The notes under the pieces are model-generated. The model saw nothing but the letters and a program-made list of their open reading frames with translations, was not told the origin of the DNA and made no database searches. A program made the translations under genes and the position numbers. From a virus (lineage: Duplodnaviria > Caudoviricetes), in IMG/VR virus record IMGVR_UViG_3300021958_000044, positions 16,991 through 80,990 of that record: DNA of 64,000 bases. The stretch is one strand, 5' to 3'. Position 1 is the stretch's first letter. Every line of letters begins with the position of its first letter. Positions 1 to 11,120 of this stretch are shown piece after piece.

Positions 1-1728
1 TTGGTCTTGAAGGTGTGTTGTTCCTTTAACAAACAGCTGTCCATCAGTATCCATATTACCGTTAGCCGATACTACAAGATTTGCTGTTGAGTTACCGACT
101 GTAATAGTATCATCAAATTGAGATGTTGAATTTACTTCTAATGTGCTTTCAAGATTTGCAAATCCTGTTACTGTTAAAGTGTTAGAGAATGATGCTGCAC
201 GTAATACATCCAGCTCGCCATTAAGATCAGTATTATTAGCAACAGTTAATGTTGATTTACCATCTATGGCTCCATGGACAGTTAACTTCTCTCCAATAGT
301 TGCAGATTTTACAACACCAACACCACCTGATATTCTAGTACCGCCAGTAGTATTTGATGTAGAGTTTTGCGTGTTTTCTAATGTAGTAATTCCAGATACA
401 TTTAACGTGTTGTTAAGGTCTGATGCTCCTGCAACTGTTAATGTACCATCAGTATCAATATTACCTTCTGTAGAGATGTGCGCATTTGCAGTAGAGTTAC
501 CAACCGTAACAGTTTGATCAACTTGAACATTACCATCTACGTTTACATCAGAATCAAAGTCTGCGTTCTCTTGTACGTTAAGTTTGTCAGTCAATACCGT
601 ATTAGAGTTGACTGTTAATAAATCTGAGTTAGCATCACCAATTGTAACGCCAGTACTTGTAATATTTACGTTAGTAGAAGTTACGTATACATTAGCGCCT
701 GATAGCGCAACGTTAGCGGCAATATTTGCATTTGTAGCTGTACTGTTAACTACTAAGTTCGAGCTAATGTTTAGCTCTCCAGAACCTATAGAGGTATTAG
801 TAGAATCAATTGTTGTTAAAGCATTGTCGATGTCTACTTCACTGTTAAAGTCATTTAACGTAGCATTTGACTGGAAAGTATCTACATTAGCTGTTAGTGT
901 GACGTTATTAGAACTAAACTCTACAGTGTCTGCATGAGCATAGACATTAGCATTAAATACAGTATTTGAATCTACATTCAACTCACCACTAGCAATATAT
1001 GTGTTTGTTGAATCTATTGTTGTTAGAGCATTGTCAATATCTACGTTACTGTTAAAGTCGTTTAATGTAGCGTTTGATCTTAATACGTCAGCATTTGCAG
1101 TAACGATTACATTGTTTGAACTTATTTCAAATCTGTTAGCGTGTGCATGAACATTAGCATTGAATACTGTATTTGAATCTATATTAAGTTCGCCACTTGC
1201 AATGTAAGTGTTTGTTGAATCTATTGTTGTCAGTCCATTATCAATATCTACGTTAGCATTGATATCGACTTGTGTGTTAAATCTGTTTCTTGTTGCGTCA
1301 GATATAAAATCAGAGACATTGCCGTTTGCAATGAATACTGTATTAGTTGTGTTAGCTAAGATCTGGACGCCAGTGTTTGTAAAGTAAACATTAGCCTGTG
1401 CATATACTTCTGAACCATATGTACTGTTTGCAAAGAAAACTGTGTTGGTAGAAATTATTAAGTTGGCAGTAGGCGAACCAGTACCATAGTCTGTCGTGTT
1501 ACCTGTGGCACCTTGGAGCTCATCGAAAACTTTTAATGTATTAGCGCCAAAGAAACCATTTACATAACCATTGCCTATTGTCTCTGCACCTTGTGTATTT
1601 CCAAACGGAGCAGTCGTAACTACATACTTTTCCATATCGTATGTAATTCTGTTTGTTAGGTCTACCCATTCTCTAAACGTATCTGACGATGGGGTTATAT
1701 TTGCACTTGAATAAGCATTACTAGCCAT
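1..1728 (-). CDS. Tail fibre / baseplate-associated structural protein (N-terminal 576 aa; runs off the window edge)
   Basis: Not in ORF track; translated by hand from ATG at 1728 (MASNAYSSANITPSSDTFREWVDLTNRIT...), open to position 1. N/S/T/V-rich with a DTFxxW N-terminal motif and a GGVGV fibre-type motif; directly follows the baseplate operon. Confidence 0.8.
   Translation of the reverse strand, partial: MASNAYSSANITPSSDTFREWVDLTNRITYDMEKYVVTTAPFGNTQGAETIGNGYVNGFFGANTLKVFDELQGATGNTTDYGTGSPTANLIISTNTVFFANSTYGSEVYAQANVYFTNTGVQILANTTNTVFIANGNVSDFISDATRNRFNTQVDINANVDIDNGLTTIDSTNTYIASGELNIDSNTVFNANVHAHANRFEISSNNVIVTANADVLRSNATLNDFNSNVDIDNALTTIDSTNTYIASGELNVDSNTVFNANVYAHADTVEFSSNNVTLTANVDTFQSNATLNDFNSEVDIDNALTTIDSTNTSIGSGELNISSNLVVNSTATNANIAANVALSGANVYVTSTNVNITSTGVTIGDANSDLLTVNSNTVLTDKLNVQENADFDSDVNVDGNVQVDQTVTVGNSTANAHISTEGNIDTDGTLTVAGASDLNNTLNVSGITTLENTQNSTSNTTGGTRISGGVGVVKSATIGEKLTVHGAIDGKSTLTVANNTDLNGELDVLRAASFSNTLTVTGFANLESTLEVNSTSQFDDTITVGNSTANLVVSANGNMDTDGQLFVKGTTHLQDQ
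770..1265 (-). repeat. 207-bp (69-aa) tandem repeat, about 2.5 copies, inside the fibre gene
   Basis: AATC(T/A)ATTG anchors at 804, 1011 and 1218 (spacing 207); each copy encodes VDIDNxLTTIDSTNTxIxSGELN. Confidence 0.9.
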
Positions 1729-1729
1729 C

Positions 1730-1948
1730 TTACTTTACCCCCGATAAACTTCTTAACATTTGTTTGATTTCGCCCATATCTTGTTTTAGAGAATCTATTT
1801 CATTACAAATATTTGCCACTTTGTTCTTCTCGTTCCTTTTAGCTTTATATTGCGCATACGCAGCCGCATCATTATTTATAAGTGCCATGTTGGATGGATC
1901 CCTAAGAAATCTTTGATCTTCTGTTTCTATTAAAATTTTCTTAGCCAT
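1730..1948 (-). CDS. Small hypothetical protein with C-terminal coiled coil
   Basis: 72 aa, tightly coupled to both neighbours; heptad-like INSLKQDMGEIKQML-type C-terminus. Confidence 0.75.
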   Translation of the reverse strand: MAKKILIETEDQRFLRDPSNMALINNDAAAYAQYKAKRNEKNKVANICNEIDSLKQDMGEIKQMLRSLSGVK

Positions 1949-4900
1949 TATAATGATACCGCTATTGCTCTATAATCTTGAACATAAGGATTAAGCGCTG
2001 TACTTGTAGCTGTTAGTACAATTTTAATTGCCAAATACTTATAACCGATATATTTCATATCGTTTTGGTTATAGTAAGTTGCTTCAAATGCAGAAGGAGC
2101 TTTAGGATCCCTAAACACTTGATTCTTATATTCTTCAGTTACTTTTTGAATTGCTGTGCCTTGAGGATCATCAAAGTCTGGTTCATCACCAACAACAATT
2201 TCTGTATCGCTATTGACTGCTGTTACCATTGATGCGAAATAATTGGTATCATTGTTTAGCAAGTTTATTTTAATTAAATCTCCTACTTCAAGATCAGATG
2301 TAAATGCAGTGCCTGTACCAGTCAATGTAGTATTACCATTGACAACAGTTACCGTGCCGTTAATGCTTGTAGCCTCAGGTGCATTTCCAAATTCATATGT
2401 ATATTCTATTACATCGCCCCTGTCTTTAGCAGAGCTAATTTTAGTAGCATTTGCTCCAGTGGATTGTAATAATGACCACCTTGTATCTTTAAATGGTGTT
2501 GGATCTTCGCTGTTCAGTACTTTAGCATAAACTTTAACATCTGTACCAGCTGGCTTATAAGCGTTTACATAAACTTTGATATCTTCTGCATCTAAGCCTT
2601 CTGCTAGCTCAATTGTTCTTGAAACATATTTTGCTGAAGCAGAACCTTGATCTGTTATATACTCATTAGTCAAAACGTTATTAATAATGTTTTCGTATAT
2701 TAAACATTCTTGAGATTGGAGGTCTATACTTGCGCCGATAAAGTTATCTTCACTGGTTAGCGTTTGAAGAATATTTAAAGACTTGTTACCACTGTTGTTT
2801 ACAATCTCATTAGATTTACTCATTACCTTAATAGCAGAATCACTATAGAATCTATCATTTGTTATAAGAAGTTCATAACTAGAATCGCCAGTATCATCAC
2901 TCAGACGACCTTTAATATGCGCATTGTGCATTGTGCCTTCTGGTACATTTCTATACAATCTTGGCTCAAGATAGCTAATGTTAGTATCTACTACTTGATT
3001 GATTACAGCATTTGCTACGCTGTCCACGCCAATTATTGTATCGCTGTTTGCAAACAAGAATGTGCTATTGGTTGCATTACTATCATTACATTGAATAGTT
3101 TTTGTATTAGCATCAATTTGTACAAATTCTGCAACTGGCGTAAACATAAAGTTACCAGTTGAGTCTGTAAAGCTCGGTGCGCCTCTTAATGTAATTGTAC
3201 TAGAGTTTGCAACAGATGCAACTTCTACAACGTCAAATGTAGAACTGTTGCCTGTTAACACAATTTTACTACCAGCACTCAATCCTGTAACAGCAGAGAA
3301 ATCTGATCCGCCACTTGTTGTAGAACGTATTGTACTGTTTCCTTTGTTGATAACAATGTTACCTGCAACATTTGCAGCTAACTTAAACACTTCTTCACCA
3401 ACAGTAAAGTTTCCGTTAATGTTTGTTGTGTTTGATTGGAAGAACTCATAGTCTTCATTTTCTGTTAACACTGTAGCTCTCTGAGAAGCAAACACAGCTG
3501 CATACAAAGTAAACTTAAGGTCTTCATCTACATACTCTGTCCATGTTCTGTTGTTTGTAGATAAGAACATAGTACCTTGACCCCAGTCTTGGTTGTTAAC
3601 AATGTTTGTTCTAACATCTTTCTGGCCAGCTTTAGCTGTCCAAACTTTATACTCTGGGCTGTTTCCATCTGGTAAAATAACTACAACATACTCTCTTCCA
3701 GCTTCGACCATAACCGGTGAAGTAAAGGTAAACGTTGTTTTTGTAGCACCATTTGTTGATGCAGTGATCTCATTAGCATTTAAGTGAGTTCTACTAAATG
3801 GTAAAACTTTAGATGCTGGGACGCCGTTTTCAGTTGATCTAATTTCTACTGTACATCCTCTTCTTGCATCTTTGCCAGCAAAATAAATATCAACCGCAGT
3901 AATATAACCGTCCTTATATCCATTGAACTGTTGTGAATCAATTAAGAACGATTGTGCTAATGGATCGTCTTCATCTCTAAATCTACGCTCTCTTTGACCG
4001 TCTGTCCATGTGTCAGGCGGCTGAGGCGGTGGAGCTATTGGAGGAACAGTTGGAATCGGTATTGTTATAGGCGGACCTGGAACCAATACTGTTACAGGTG
4101 GTCCTGGAATTGTAGGTCCAGGAACTGGAACAGGAACAGGTACTGGGTTAGGAACCGGTATAGGGTTTGGCACCGGCGTAGGTCTTTCAGGGCCAGGTAC
4201 TGGAACAGGAACAGGTACTGGGTTAGGAACCTCAATATGATTTTCAATTACAGTCACCTCAGCTGGAGGTAACGGTGTAATTACTTGCTCAACATTTCTT
4301 GTTCGTTGAGTTATTGTTGTTTGTCTTTGTGATGCTCTTGGTAATGCTGATCTAGTAGAAGTTATAACATCGCCTTTGTTTACAGTAAAGTTATAGCAAT
4401 TGAATTTTGCTGTGGCTTCTGAAACTGAATCACCTAGTAGCCCAATATCAGACGCATCGCTGACTACAAACTCTCTTTCTCCTGCAAAGAAAGTATTAGA
4501 AGGAATTCTATAAATTCCTGAAATACCACCTGAGCTATTTGCTGTAAGAGAATCGCCAAATGCCCCTCTACTTCTAATCATTCTTCTTGCTCTTGAAGAA
4601 GACAGTCTTCTCTCTGTAGCTACAGCATCAAAAGGATTAGACACGGATGCGGGTCTACAGTTACTTGTTTGATCTTTACCGTCAAAATAAACGTAGTGTC
4701 TCATTCCTGGTCTCAAACCAGTAGCTACGAATCTAATTTCTGTTCCAGGAATATAAGGCTGGAATGAAATGTCTGTAACAAAATCACCGACTTTTCTAGT
4801 AGTTGTTCTTGCTCTAGCACTTAATGTCGTGGTCGTTTGTCTTATTCTTTGACTTCGTACTATTTCTACTTGGTTTGTAACTTGTGTATCTGTAGGAGTC

Positions 4901-7900
4901 GATGACACAACTCTTGTATTTGTATTGTCCTGTATTACTTCACTGCTTGTAAATTGTTGAGGAGCAATTTTGTTCAATTCGTCAATCAACGCTAAAGTAG
5001 AGCTAGCATTATCAATGTTAATCTGTACAGCAGATTCAGGTGATTTCTTATTGTCCACGCCTGCAAGGTAATCTGGGAACAATCGTACTGTACCATTATA
5101 AGCCCATAGTGCAGAAGTAACTCTTCTTTGTCTTGTAGCTCTTTGCTGTATAATGATGCTTCTATTGAAATACCTAGGAAGAATTAAGTCGTTACTTCTT
5201 GAAATATTAGTGCCGCTCTTAAATCTCATTTTAATGCTGTAGTTTTCAAACTTAGAAACCAATAGGTCTCTTGCAGCATCAAATCCCGCTTTAAATTCTG
5301 TGTCTAGTGGATTACCTGTAGTAAACGATGCAAAGTTGTCTACAATAAATCCATTCTTAAATCTGTTAGTTGTAGGATCGGTTCTTCCAGGAATTACAGC
5401 ATCAGTAGTAAACTTCTCTAAGAAATTTAATGATGAGTAATATTCTAGATTAGTAACCCTATCATCAATTGACCTAATGTCTTCCATGGTGTATCTCTTA
5501 AGCTGAGTAGCTTTGATTATTACGCCATAATCTGGTCTTCTATCTGCTCTTGCAGTAGGCTGTGCTAATGAAGGATATACAGGAACATCTAAAGATGCTA
5601 GCTGCATTGCATTTTCTGGTAGAGGAGGAAGTTTAGGATTAACGCTAGGAACACCCTCTACAACAAATAAACCGCTTGACTCGACAATGATTCTATCTTT
5701 TCTTGGCAGATAGTATTCAAAGCTACCAGACCAAGATGTGTCTGGAGCTCCAATTTTTGATACGTCATCTAATGTAGATGTGGCAGAAGGGTTAATGGTA
5801 AACGATCCGTCTAACGTACCTTCTATTACTGCAGTGTTAGAAAGCTGAGGTCTAAAATCTAAATGATTTCTAAGATCAACTTCTCTACCTGTTTTTGGTG
5901 ATACAAACATTGGTATCTGTTGTGTAGTGACCGCTGAAGTATTTGCTGTATTTTCATCATCGATAGGATATGAATTAAAATTAAAGAATCCTGTTCCAGA
6001 TCCTTTCTTGAAGTGTCTGAAAGTTACGGCTAATTGATCTCCGCTAGACAATGAAATTGTTGAACCAGGCTTTGTTCTTAGCTTAGAAAGACCATAAATT
6101 GAATCAGTCTGCCCATTGTTAATTTCAAATTGATCAGTTACGTCAGTTGTAAATGAATCGTAACCACCGCCGGTGCCTTGATAAACAGACACTAAAGCAT
6201 GTCCGTCTACTACACCAAGACTCCAAGGTCCTGATGTTCCACCAGTATTATTAGATGTATCAATACCCACTTCAGTTGTAACATAGCTCTTAAGCACAGC
6301 ATTTGCAGCAGTATCTTTTACATTGACTAAAACATCAACAGGAGTTGTTCCATTAATACCGATATTTGTTGAGATAGTCATTGTAGTGCTAGAGCTCGAC
6401 ACGACTACGTTTGCATCAGATCTATCGTTCAGAGATAATGGATAATTCTTTTGATAGGTCTGCATCATATTCATTGCAGACATACTACCTGGAGCAGAAT
6501 CTACAACTACAGCGTCACTATTAGCTACTTTTCTAATTTGGAACGGCCCGTTTGTTACAGTTGTGTTTGCTAGGTAATATAAGTCCCCTACGTATACTGA
6601 AGATGTGTCTCCAATACCAGTAACCACTGTAGTCGTAGCGTTGCTTGTAGCCGCAGTAGATGTTACATTAGTGGTTGCATTTGCATTCTGCTGTGGTAAG
6701 ATAATAATTTCTTTTTCTTGTGTGTTCGTTAATGTGCCATCACCATAGTTAAATTGCTCATTACCTGTTACGGTTAATGTTATCTCACCAGCAGTACTAA
6801 TTGTATTAGACACTTTGCTCTTATAAACATAAGATGCGTTATTACCAACAGACTTAATACCTGATTGACCTAAGTTAAATAATTGTCCTTCTGCAAACGA
6901 ATCTTTTAGTTTTGCAGTTGCTGCTTCAATGTCAGCTACACCAATTTTAGTAATATTAGTCTCAGCACCTGCTGCACTATAATCTGAACCAGAATAGTGA
7001 ACAATAGAATTTACGTGCTTAGAAAAGGATTTACCTTTTTTCATCTCTATATCATAAAGGTATAGGTTGTATATGCTATCAAAATTGTTATTGTTATTAT
7101 CTTGACACTCAATGTTTCTGACTCTTGCAGTACCAACGACACTTCCTGTTGTTCCATCATAGGCTACAGAAGTGTTTGATACAGCTGGATCTGAAGCATT
7201 TGCTGAGTTATGAGCATTAAAAGTTGCATCAGTCAGCAAGACCATGTCATTAGTTTCATGGCCAAACTGTCCTATAACATTGTCTACTTCAACATAATTT
7301 CCGTACGTAAGCGCTACTTCTTGTGAAGTAACGTTTGCACTCACTGTTGCTTTTTTAATTGGTAGTCTTGTTGTATTGTTTGTCTCTACTCTATAACCTT
7401 TAACATATGCTACACCAGCGCCAATCTGCGCATTGATATGTGTAGTGTTTCCTGAAATTTCTTCTGTACCAATAGCAAATGGATCAACTACATAATCGCC
7501 AGATTCTTCATATGTTCGTCTTGCTATTTGATCGCCTAATCTATTAAGAACTGCTTTTTGGTTTAATTGAATTGGTCTTCCACCTTGGAAAGATACAATA
7601 GATAAGAAATTATTTGAAGACTGAGCATCAGATGTCGTGTTTACGACTAACGTAGGCGTAAGTCTTAATCTGTCAGCGCCCGGCGCATTTTCGTTATTGA
7701 AGCCAGATGCATTGTCTAATAACGAGGTGTCAACAGAGCTATTTATAATAGCCTCTGCAGTTTCAATGCCTACAGATACTTCGTCGGGAGAACTTGTATA
7801 TTTTGTTACAATAATATTTTGTTCTTCAAATCTTTGGAAATGTCCTTTCTGGAAAATAATACCATCATTTACTGTCATCAAGAATGAGTTACCAACAGTA

Positions 7901-8679
7901 TTAAACTGTGTGTTTCCAGAATCACTTTCAAACTGAGAGTTTGCAATAGTCAGCGTTGATGTTTTGTTTAAGTTGACAGTTAACTGAACGTTTGCTGTGG
8001 ATCCATTAGCATGTGTAATGCTTGCTACAGGATAATCGTCTACTGTATATCCTGATCCATTAGATGTGACAGTAATTGCAAATAGTGTGGTACCGCCATC
8101 AGTTGTGACCACGGATCCATCAAACCCAGAACCGTTGTCTTCTGTGCTTACTGTAATAGTATCGCTGTTACTAAAATCGCCGTTAGCTGATGAAAATACA
8201 ATGTTGGCAATACCGGTGCTTGCTGGGAAAACATCAATCTGTTCACCAGCTGAATATGTTGTTGAATCGTCTGTTCCAATATTAAGATAATGGAAGAACA
8301 GTGAGTTTAATCCAGGATTCTGTGTCTCTAGTCCAGAAGCTGTCGATACTATTCTTGCTACTAGATTAGCACTGTTTCTGATGTAATCACCTTCACCATA
8401 CAGCCCAACGTTTACATCTAAACCTGAAGTGTCTTTATCGTTTACTTTTACGTATTTAACTTTTGCATCATAATAGAAGTTACAACCTTTGATGATTGAA
8501 CCTTCTTTAAATTGATACTGTCCAAATCTTTCAATTTGAGCTTGAAGTATTGTTTGAAGCTGAGTTAGTTCCCTAGCTTGCAGAGGAACGGCAGGTTTAA
8601 ATAATACCCTGTTAAAGTTCTTTGTTTCATCATAGTCGTCAAAATATGGGTTGACGTTAAGATCTGTTTCTAATGCCAT
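1948..8679 (-). CDS. Large virion structural protein (VrlC/DUF4815-like baseplate protein)
   Basis: 2243 aa; N-terminus LNVNPYFDDYDETKNFNRVLFKP..LQARELTQLQTILQ, APGADRL, RRTYEESGDY and DPLAQSF motifs typical of this family in marine T4-like phages; position after gp8. Confidence 0.85.
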   Translation of the reverse strand: MALETDLNVNPYFDDYDETKNFNRVLFKPAVPLQARELTQLQTILQAQIERFGQYQFKEGSIIKGCNFYYDAKVKYVKVNDKDTSGLDVNVGLYGEGDYIRNSANLVARIVSTASGLETQNPGLNSLFFHYLNIGTDDSTTYSAGEQIDVFPASTGIANIVFSSANGDFSNSDTITVSTEDNGSGFDGSVVTTDGGTTLFAITVTSNGSGYTVDDYPVASITHANGSTANVQLTVNLNKTSTLTIANSQFESDSGNTQFNTVGNSFLMTVNDGIIFQKGHFQRFEEQNIIVTKYTSSPDEVSVGIETAEAIINSSVDTSLLDNASGFNNENAPGADRLRLTPTLVVNTTSDAQSSNNFLSIVSFQGGRPIQLNQKAVLNRLGDQIARRTYEESGDYVVDPFAIGTEEISGNTTHINAQIGAGVAYVKGYRVETNNTTRLPIKKATVSANVTSQEVALTYGNYVEVDNVIGQFGHETNDMVLLTDATFNAHNSANASDPAVSNTSVAYDGTTGSVVGTARVRNIECQDNNNNNFDSIYNLYLYDIEMKKGKSFSKHVNSIVHYSGSDYSAAGAETNITKIGVADIEAATAKLKDSFAEGQLFNLGQSGIKSVGNNASYVYKSKVSNTISTAGEITLTVTGNEQFNYGDGTLTNTQEKEIIILPQQNANATTNVTSTAATSNATTTVVTGIGDTSSVYVGDLYYLANTTVTNGPFQIRKVANSDAVVVDSAPGSMSAMNMMQTYQKNYPLSLNDRSDANVVVSSSSTTMTISTNIGINGTTPVDVLVNVKDTAANAVLKSYVTTEVGIDTSNNTGGTSGPWSLGVVDGHALVSVYQGTGGGYDSFTTDVTDQFEINNGQTDSIYGLSKLRTKPGSTISLSSGDQLAVTFRHFKKGSGTGFFNFNSYPIDDENTANTSAVTTQQIPMFVSPKTGREVDLRNHLDFRPQLSNTAVIEGTLDGSFTINPSATSTLDDVSKIGAPDTSWSGSFEYYLPRKDRIIVESSGLFVVEGVPSVNPKLPPLPENAMQLASLDVPVYPSLAQPTARADRRPDYGVIIKATQLKRYTMEDIRSIDDRVTNLEYYSSLNFLEKFTTDAVIPGRTDPTTNRFKNGFIVDNFASFTTGNPLDTEFKAGFDAARDLLVSKFENYSIKMRFKSGTNISRSNDLILPRYFNRSIIIQQRATRQRRVTSALWAYNGTVRLFPDYLAGVDNKKSPESAVQINIDNASSTLALIDELNKIAPQQFTSSEVIQDNTNTRVVSSTPTDTQVTNQVEIVRSQRIRQTTTTLSARARTTTRKVGDFVTDISFQPYIPGTEIRFVATGLRPGMRHYVYFDGKDQTSNCRPASVSNPFDAVATERRLSSSRARRMIRSRGAFGDSLTANSSGGISGIYRIPSNTFFAGEREFVVSDASDIGLLGDSVSEATAKFNCYNFTVNKGDVITSTRSALPRASQRQTTITQRTRNVEQVITPLPPAEVTVIENHIEVPNPVPVPVPVPGPERPTPVPNPIPVPNPVPVPVPVPGPTIPGPPVTVLVPGPPITIPIPTVPPIAPPPQPPDTWTDGQRERRFRDEDDPLAQSFLIDSQQFNGYKDGYITAVDIYFAGKDARRGCTVEIRSTENGVPASKVLPFSRTHLNANEITASTNGATKTTFTFTSPVMVEAGREYVVVILPDGNSPEYKVWTAKAGQKDVRTNIVNNQDWGQGTMFLSTNNRTWTEYVDEDLKFTLYAAVFASQRATVLTENEDYEFFQSNTTNINGNFTVGEEVFKLAANVAGNIVINKGNSTIRSTTSGGSDFSAVTGLSAGSKIVLTGNSSTFDVVEVASVANSSTITLRGAPSFTDSTGNFMFTPVAEFVQIDANTKTIQCNDSNATNSTFLFANSDTIIGVDSVANAVINQVVDTNISYLEPRLYRNVPEGTMHNAHIKGRLSDDTGDSSYELLITNDRFYSDSAIKVMSKSNEIVNNSGNKSLNILQTLTSEDNFIGASIDLQSQECLIYENIINNVLTNEYITDQGSASAKYVSRTIELAEGLDAEDIKVYVNAYKPAGTDVKVYAKVLNSEDPTPFKDTRWSLLQSTGANATKISSAKDRGDVIEYTYEFGNAPEATSINGTVTVVNGNTTLTGTGTAFTSDLEVGDLIKINLLNNDTNYFASMVTAVNSDTEIVVGDEPDFDDPQGTAIQKVTEEYKNQVFRDPKAPSAFEATYYNQNDMKYIGYKYLAIKIVLTATSTALNPYVQDYRAIAVSL
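4124..4231 (-). repeat. 33-bp direct repeat (4124-4156, 4199-4231) encoding Pro/Val-rich segment
   Basis: ACTGGAACAGGAACAGGTACTGGGTTAGGAACC occurs twice, 75 nt apart; protein reads VPNPVPVPVP twice. Confidence 0.9.
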
Positions 8680-8687
8680 TTCTTCCT

Positions 8688-11117
8688 CTAAAATTTAATC
8701 ATTAATTTAACACGTTCTGTTTGGTCATCACTTCTTGTAATTGGCGTAATGTTCTCTACATAAAGAATTTCGCCTGTGTGATGTTGGATGTCTGGTCCTG
8801 CCTCATCCGTAAAGTAACCAACAGCTTCAGAATCTTGACCTCTTACGTATTTTGGATCTGTTCCTTCAGATTCTGCTAAATTGCCTTTCTTATTAGTAAT
8901 AGCTAATATTGTTGCACCACTAGACGTATTTATACTATGTATAACCCCTTCCGCATCAGTTTCGTCCTGAACAATTCGTTCATCAATTTGAAACTCTAAT
9001 GACGATGAATTTTCAAAACCAGTTAACCTTACTCGTTGGTCAAACTGATCAAAATTAGATCCGGCTCTTTCATTTGTTTTGAAAGATACTAGGTTAGCAG
9101 TAGTGCCCGATGTTAGTCCTGTAATTCTTAATTCTGTGTTGCTGCCTGACGATACAAACTGTCCATAAACGTTAGACAAGTTAATAGATCCTGCTGCTCT
9201 TGTAGACACTATTCCATAAGCGCCACCGGGATCTGCTTTATTATCTAATATGTCAACTTGGCCAGTTGCAGAAGACTCTGTTCCAACTAAAACAGAAGCA
9301 AAATCTCCATTTGAGTATTTGTCATAAGCGTCAATTGCTGCAACATTTGCGTTGTGTAGTGTTAGCACGCTTCCATCGACGTTAACAATAACACCAGTTG
9401 TTATTACGTTAGATGTTCCTGCTGGATCGCTGTTTGCGTGGAATAACGATCCTGTTGAATTTGCGCCATAGAGAGTAAATTCTTCTATTTGGAATGTTCC
9501 GTTAGTATTTGCTATAGTAACATTAGCTTTTGATATTGTTTCAGCTGAACTTCCTTGTACTACTGTTTCGCCGTCTGTAAACGATGTTCCTGTACCAGAG
9601 GCATTTGCAGATGTTAGAGTGTCACTAATTGTTAACACTACATTTGCAAATAAAGGATCTTTTAATATGCTGACCTGTCTAAAATCATTGACAGCAGGAA
9701 TCTGTCCGCCTTGGCTATTAGCAAAGTCTACAGAAATGCCTACTGTGTCTGCTTTTAATTCTGAAACTGGATCAGATCCATGTCCTCCTCTTGGAGATAT
9801 AATTGGAACAACGTTTGCATTGTTTGCTTGCAATGTAATGCCATTTGAACTGATACCTGTGTTACCTAATACTAGAGCAGTTGCATATGAATAGCCATAA
9901 CCTCTATCGGTCATTTCAATTGTGTCGATAGCAAAGGTAGAAGTATTAACGATTGCTCTACCAGATGCTCCTTGGCCGTCTCCAGCAATAACAACTCTTG
10001 GTGTAATTTCAAATAAAGAAGTCGTGCCAATAGTTGTTGCAAAAGCACTAGGAATTACAATTCTTCTTGCTGAACCAGTTACAACATATTCACTAATAGT
10101 CTTTGCTTGTCCAGCACCTGCTCCAGCTGTAATATAAAACGTACTTCCTTTATAAAAATCTGTATTAGCAGAAAGCGTACTCGTTGTTTTTGTTATTGAG
10201 CTTATTGTTGCAAATGCGTTTGATGTAGCGCCTTTAGCATATACGTTGCTTGTTTCGCCAAAGAAATTGCCTTTGATATCAGTGACTCTAAGGAAAGTAC
10301 TGTTAGCTTCAATAGCAACAGCGTTAGCTACGTTGTTCGTTGTGTCTGGATCTCCATTAGCATGTTTACCAACAAGATCAATTTTTTCAATTTGGAACGT
10401 TCCGTTAGATGTAGTAATATTAAGGTTGGCACCAGCAAGAGATTCTAACTCTATTATTTGATCGTTAGCTGCAACAGCTGCCACTTTAACTACGCCGTTA
10501 GCAACAGAGAAGTATCTGCTTCCACCTGCTTTAACGTCTACAACATCAATAGATCCAGCAATTGCATTTGCTTCGACATTAGCATCTGCCACTACAGGAA
10601 CTTTGTCTGATGTTGAGAATTTGTTGTAAATTGATTCTGGTATGGTGAACATATACTTCCACTGATAGCTGTCACCAGTCGTAACATATATGTCATCATC
10701 AGCAGATGTTTCTATTTTTACAGGTTTGTCTGTAGAAGGAGCTCCTTTATTATTAAATAAGCATTTGAATACGCTGTAGTCGCCACCTTCTTCTTGAACT
10801 ACAACAAAAAACTTTTCGCCTGATAAATCTACAGTGTGATCGTATTGCGTATAAACTGTTCCCGATGTCCATGGATAGTTGTCAATCATGTGTCTTATAT
10901 CAGAAGTTTTAACTTGCTTACCATATATCATATCACGATACAACTGATAGAACGATGATTCTAGTGATTGAGATGGAGCAGGGGGCGTAGCATCATCAGG
11001 AAATGCTGTGTGTTTACCAATCGTTACATAATAGATAGAATTAGCTGTCTCGCTGAGGGACTCAACAAACTGCTTTGCGTTATGCGTTTTAAAATCTGAT
11101 GTTACTATTTTACTCAT
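8688..11117 (-). CDS. gp8: Baseplate wedge subunit gp8-like
   Basis: YSVFKCLFNN GAPSTDKP, YQWKYMFTI, GHGSDPVSEL and ILYVEN..PITR..DQTE motifs; gene order gp6-gp7-gp8. Confidence 0.85.
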   Translation of the reverse strand: MSKIVTSDFKTHNAKQFVESLSETANSIYYVTIGKHTAFPDDATPPAPSQSLESSFYQLYRDMIYGKQVKTSDIRHMIDNYPWTSGTVYTQYDHTVDLSGEKFFVVVQEEGGDYSVFKCLFNNKGAPSTDKPVKIETSADDDIYVTTGDSYQWKYMFTIPESIYNKFSTSDKVPVVADANVEANAIAGSIDVVDVKAGGSRYFSVANGVVKVAAVAANDQIIELESLAGANLNITTSNGTFQIEKIDLVGKHANGDPDTTNNVANAVAIEANSTFLRVTDIKGNFFGETSNVYAKGATSNAFATISSITKTTSTLSANTDFYKGSTFYITAGAGAGQAKTISEYVVTGSARRIVIPSAFATTIGTTSLFEITPRVVIAGDGQGASGRAIVNTSTFAIDTIEMTDRGYGYSYATALVLGNTGISSNGITLQANNANVVPIISPRGGHGSDPVSELKADTVGISVDFANSQGGQIPAVNDFRQVSILKDPLFANVVLTISDTLTSANASGTGTSFTDGETVVQGSSAETISKANVTIANTNGTFQIEEFTLYGANSTGSLFHANSDPAGTSNVITTGVIVNVDGSVLTLHNANVAAIDAYDKYSNGDFASVLVGTESSATGQVDILDNKADPGGAYGIVSTRAAGSINLSNVYGQFVSSGSNTELRITGLTSGTTANLVSFKTNERAGSNFDQFDQRVRLTGFENSSSLEFQIDERIVQDETDAEGVIHSINTSSGATILAITNKKGNLAESEGTDPKYVRGQDSEAVGYFTDEAGPDIQHHTGEILYVENITPITRSDDQTERVKLMIKF

Positions 11118-11120
11118 TTA

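Noticed and set aside
143-937. Plus-strand ORFs 143-517 and 584-937
   Set aside because: They are antisense shadows of the minus-strand fibre gene (1728 to <1), which the ORF track missed because it lacks a stop in the window.
3994-4272. Arg/Trp/Asn-rich plus-strand ORF
   Set aside because: It is the antisense reading of the Pro/Val repeat in the 2243-aa gene; no SD or promoter.
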